Source: an uncultured Gemmataceae bacterium
Lineage (GTDB): Bacteria > Planctomycetota > Planctomycetia > Gemmatales > Gemmataceae
Direction: 5' to 3'
DNA length: 64,000 nucleotides
Assembly: GCA_963750165.1 (NCBI GenBank)
Contig: CAVVPN010000003.1
Location: 1,344,001-1,408,000, forward strand
The notes beneath the pieces were generated by a model, which worked only from the letters and a program-made list of their open reading frames with translations, did not search any database and was not told the DNA's origin. Of this stretch, positions 62,270 to 64,000 are shown piece by piece. Position numbers and translations under genes: made by a program. Position 1 is the stretch's first letter, and every line of letters starts with the position of its first letter.

Positions 62270-62887
62270 TCAGCGCGTGTTCTGCGTCCGGGGCCGGACG
62301 GTTTCAATCGAGCGGTTGATCCACCAGCCGCCGGCCACCCCGAGCATGATGGTGAGCACCAGCAGAATCGTCAGCAGACCGAACACTCGCAACGGCGACT
62401 CCGGGGCCGACAAGGGCTCCCGGGCCGGCGGCGGTTCTTCCAGCCGGTCGGGTGGCTCCAGGGACATGCTGGTGATGGCACCCCCCGGTCGGCCCGTGGA
62501 GGGCTCGTCCAGTACGATGGGGTCGAGCACTTCCAGCGGCTCGTCGCTGCTGGGTGAGGAGGGCGGCGGAGCCACGGCCGGCGGAGGTTGTGGCGGGGCG
62601 AGAGGCGACGGCGCTGTCAGGGCAGGGTTGGCCGCCGGCGCCAGCGCAGGGTTGGCCGCCGGCGTGGGAGCCACCGGGCCGTTCGGCGGCGCGGCTTCCG
62701 GGGTCGGGAGCGGTGCCGGCGGTGCCGCCGCGGCTTCAGTCGGCGCAGGCGCGGCAGGCGCCGCAGGCTCTGCGGCCTTCACCTGGAGCTTGAAGCCACA
62801 GGCCGGGCACTTGATATACTTGCCCGCCAGATGGTCCTGCACGCGTAGTTTGCGCTTGCAGCCAGGACAGTGCAGCAGGATGGGCAT
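62270..62887 (-). CDS. Zinc-ribbon, Pro/Ala-rich membrane protein
   Basis: CPGC..CPAC, low-complexity linker, C-terminal TM helix. Confidence 0.8.
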   Translation of the reverse strand: MPILLHCPGCKRKLRVQDHLAGKYIKCPACGFKLQVKAAEPAAPAAPAPTEAAAAPPAPLPTPEAAPPNGPVAPTPAANPALAPAANPALTAPSPLAPPQPPPAVAPPPSSPSSDEPLEVLDPIVLDEPSTGRPGGAITSMSLEPPDRLEEPPPAREPLSAPESPLRVFGLLTILLVLTIMLGVAGGWWINRSIETVRPRTQNTR

Positions 62888-62907
62888 GCGCCACTCCGCC
62901 AGGGGGT

Positions 62908-63237
62908 TCAGCGGTAATCTTCACGGATCGGGTAGAAAATATCCAGCGCTTCCACCGGTTCGTCCAGGGCGACGACCTTGTGGGCCACGCCACCGGGGAT
63001 GCGAAACAGGTCGCCGGCTTGCAGCGTCTTCTCCTCGCCGCCGATGTGGAACACCGCCCGGCCCTTGAGGACCACGCCCACCTGTTCGTGCGGATGGTGG
63101 TGTTCCTCGACGACCGCGTGTGGCTCCAGCCGGGCCAGCGACAGCATCATCCGGTCGGCGACGCAGGTCTGCACCGTCACGCCGGGGAAGATGTTGTGGC
63201 GGGAACACTCGTCGGCGGTGGGGAAATACTGGCTCAT
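62908..63237 (-). CDS. Cupin domain protein
   Basis: HHHPHEQ..IPGGVAH..DIFYPIREDY. Confidence 0.9.
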   Translation of the reverse strand: MSQYFPTADECSRHNIFPGVTVQTCVADRMMLSLARLEPHAVVEEHHHPHEQVGVVLKGRAVFHIGGEEKTLQAGDLFRIPGGVAHKVVALDEPVEALDIFYPIREDYR

Positions 63238-63271
63238 CAGAGACCCTACCCTGACTTCAGCGAAGAAAGAC

Positions 63272-63306
63272 AAAAACCCTGAGCCGCCGTCGGGGCGGCT
63301 CAGGGT
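63272..63306 (-). terminator. Intrinsic terminator
   Basis: Minus strand ACCCTGAGCCGCC-CCGAC-GGCGGCTCAGGGT-TTTT downstream of the 63332 stop. Confidence 0.75.
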
Positions 63307-63331
63307 CCGTTACCTCCACCCCACACGGCGG

Positions 63332-64000
63332 TCAATTTTTCAGAGCGCCGCGCAACTGGTAATGCATCTCCGCGGTGTTGCGGATCATCAACGACATGGT
63401 CGGCTGTTGGAACGTGATGGTGCCGGTGCCGCCGTTGATCTGCCAGCTGCCCGGCTCGACCGAGTTCATGATGTTCAGGATCAGGCCGTTGACGTTGGCG
63501 TACATCTGCTGTTGATTGATGTACGGGTTGGGGCCCATGGCCACCGGCACGACGAGATCCTGCACCGGATAAGCCCGCGTCACCACCGCGTCCTTCGCCT
63601 TGGCCGGCGTCATCACCTGGACGGCGGCCTCCTTGATGATGAACGTCAGCCCCTTGTCGGCCAGGATTTTTTTCAGGATCGTCCGCACGGTCACCTTCTT
63701 CGGCAGCTTGAACGTCACCTTGTCGGTGTCGTATTCAACGCCGGCTTCCTTCAGCGACACCTCATCAATGGAGACGATGAGGTTGGTCTTTTCCTGGATC
63801 ATCTCGATGGCTTCCTTGAGCGTGACCTGATCAAAGTTGGGCGTCATCACGGAGTTGAGGGCCTTGAGCATTTCCAGCTCGGCCTTGGTGTACTTGGACC
63901 GAATATCCCGCTCGGTGGCCCTCACGAACCGTTCCGTGAAGGGCTTCTCCTCCATGTTGCTGTACGTCCGGTAAATGTCATTCGTGATGTTGACGGTGGA
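63332..64000 (-). CDS. Hypothetical protein with secretin N-terminal (STN/N3)-like segments, 5' end outside window
   Basis: Frame open to the window edge; VTLKEAIEMI..TRAYPVQDLV..VEPGSW..GTITF..LMIRNTAEMH. Confidence 0.75.
   Translation of the reverse strand, partial: STVNITNDIYRTYSNMEEKPFTERFVRATERDIRSKYTKAELEMLKALNSVMTPNFDQVTLKEAIEMIQEKTNLIVSIDEVSLKEAGVEYDTDKVTFKLPKKVTVRTILKKILADKGLTFIIKEAAVQVMTPAKAKDAVVTRAYPVQDLVVPVAMGPNPYINQQQMYANVNGLILNIMNSVEPGSWQINGGTGTITFQQPTMSLMIRNTAEMHYQLRGALKN

Overview
High-GC bacterial chromosomal window, very probably a Planctomycetota member of the Gemmataceae. Evidence for that: LEPR-XLL-type export motifs, an ECF-sigma/Ser-Thr-kinase pair, a kinase-WD40 protein, HEAT proteins, and rplY-pth-rpsF-ssb-rplI-dnaB without rpsR. 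The core content is a minus-strand block (rplY, pth, rpsF, ssb, rplI, dnaB, ispF, cysS, ruvCAB), a carbon/stress block (GH63-like glucosidase, glk, osmC, tkt, msrA), dapB, truB, signalling genes and a ~2140-aa secreted adhesin-like protein. At least eight genes, including pth and ruvB, carry single-base indels that look like long-read assembly errors. No rRNA, tRNA, CRISPR array or intact transposase was seen. Most notable unexplained signals: (1) a ~310-nt intergenic, strongly structured candidate ncRNA at ~43110-43430 with its own promoter and terminator, whose stem mismatches mostly read as G-U pairs on the + strand; (2) a non-palindromic dispersed repeat TCTCGACRTRTGAAAAAGTTGGC(NNNCTTGGC)n with 7 cores at 5 intergenic loci, twice as a 110-bp-period dimer; (3) a rhodanese gene ending YCA-UGA followed by in-frame rhodanese-like sequence and a SECIS-like hairpin (candidate selenoprotein); (4) a 13-codon rare-codon patch in dnaB centred on the classical RESG|SIEQ intein insertion site; (5) many different REP-like and heptamer-array palindromes occupying intergenic spacers. 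All calls are by eye; no database searches were run.
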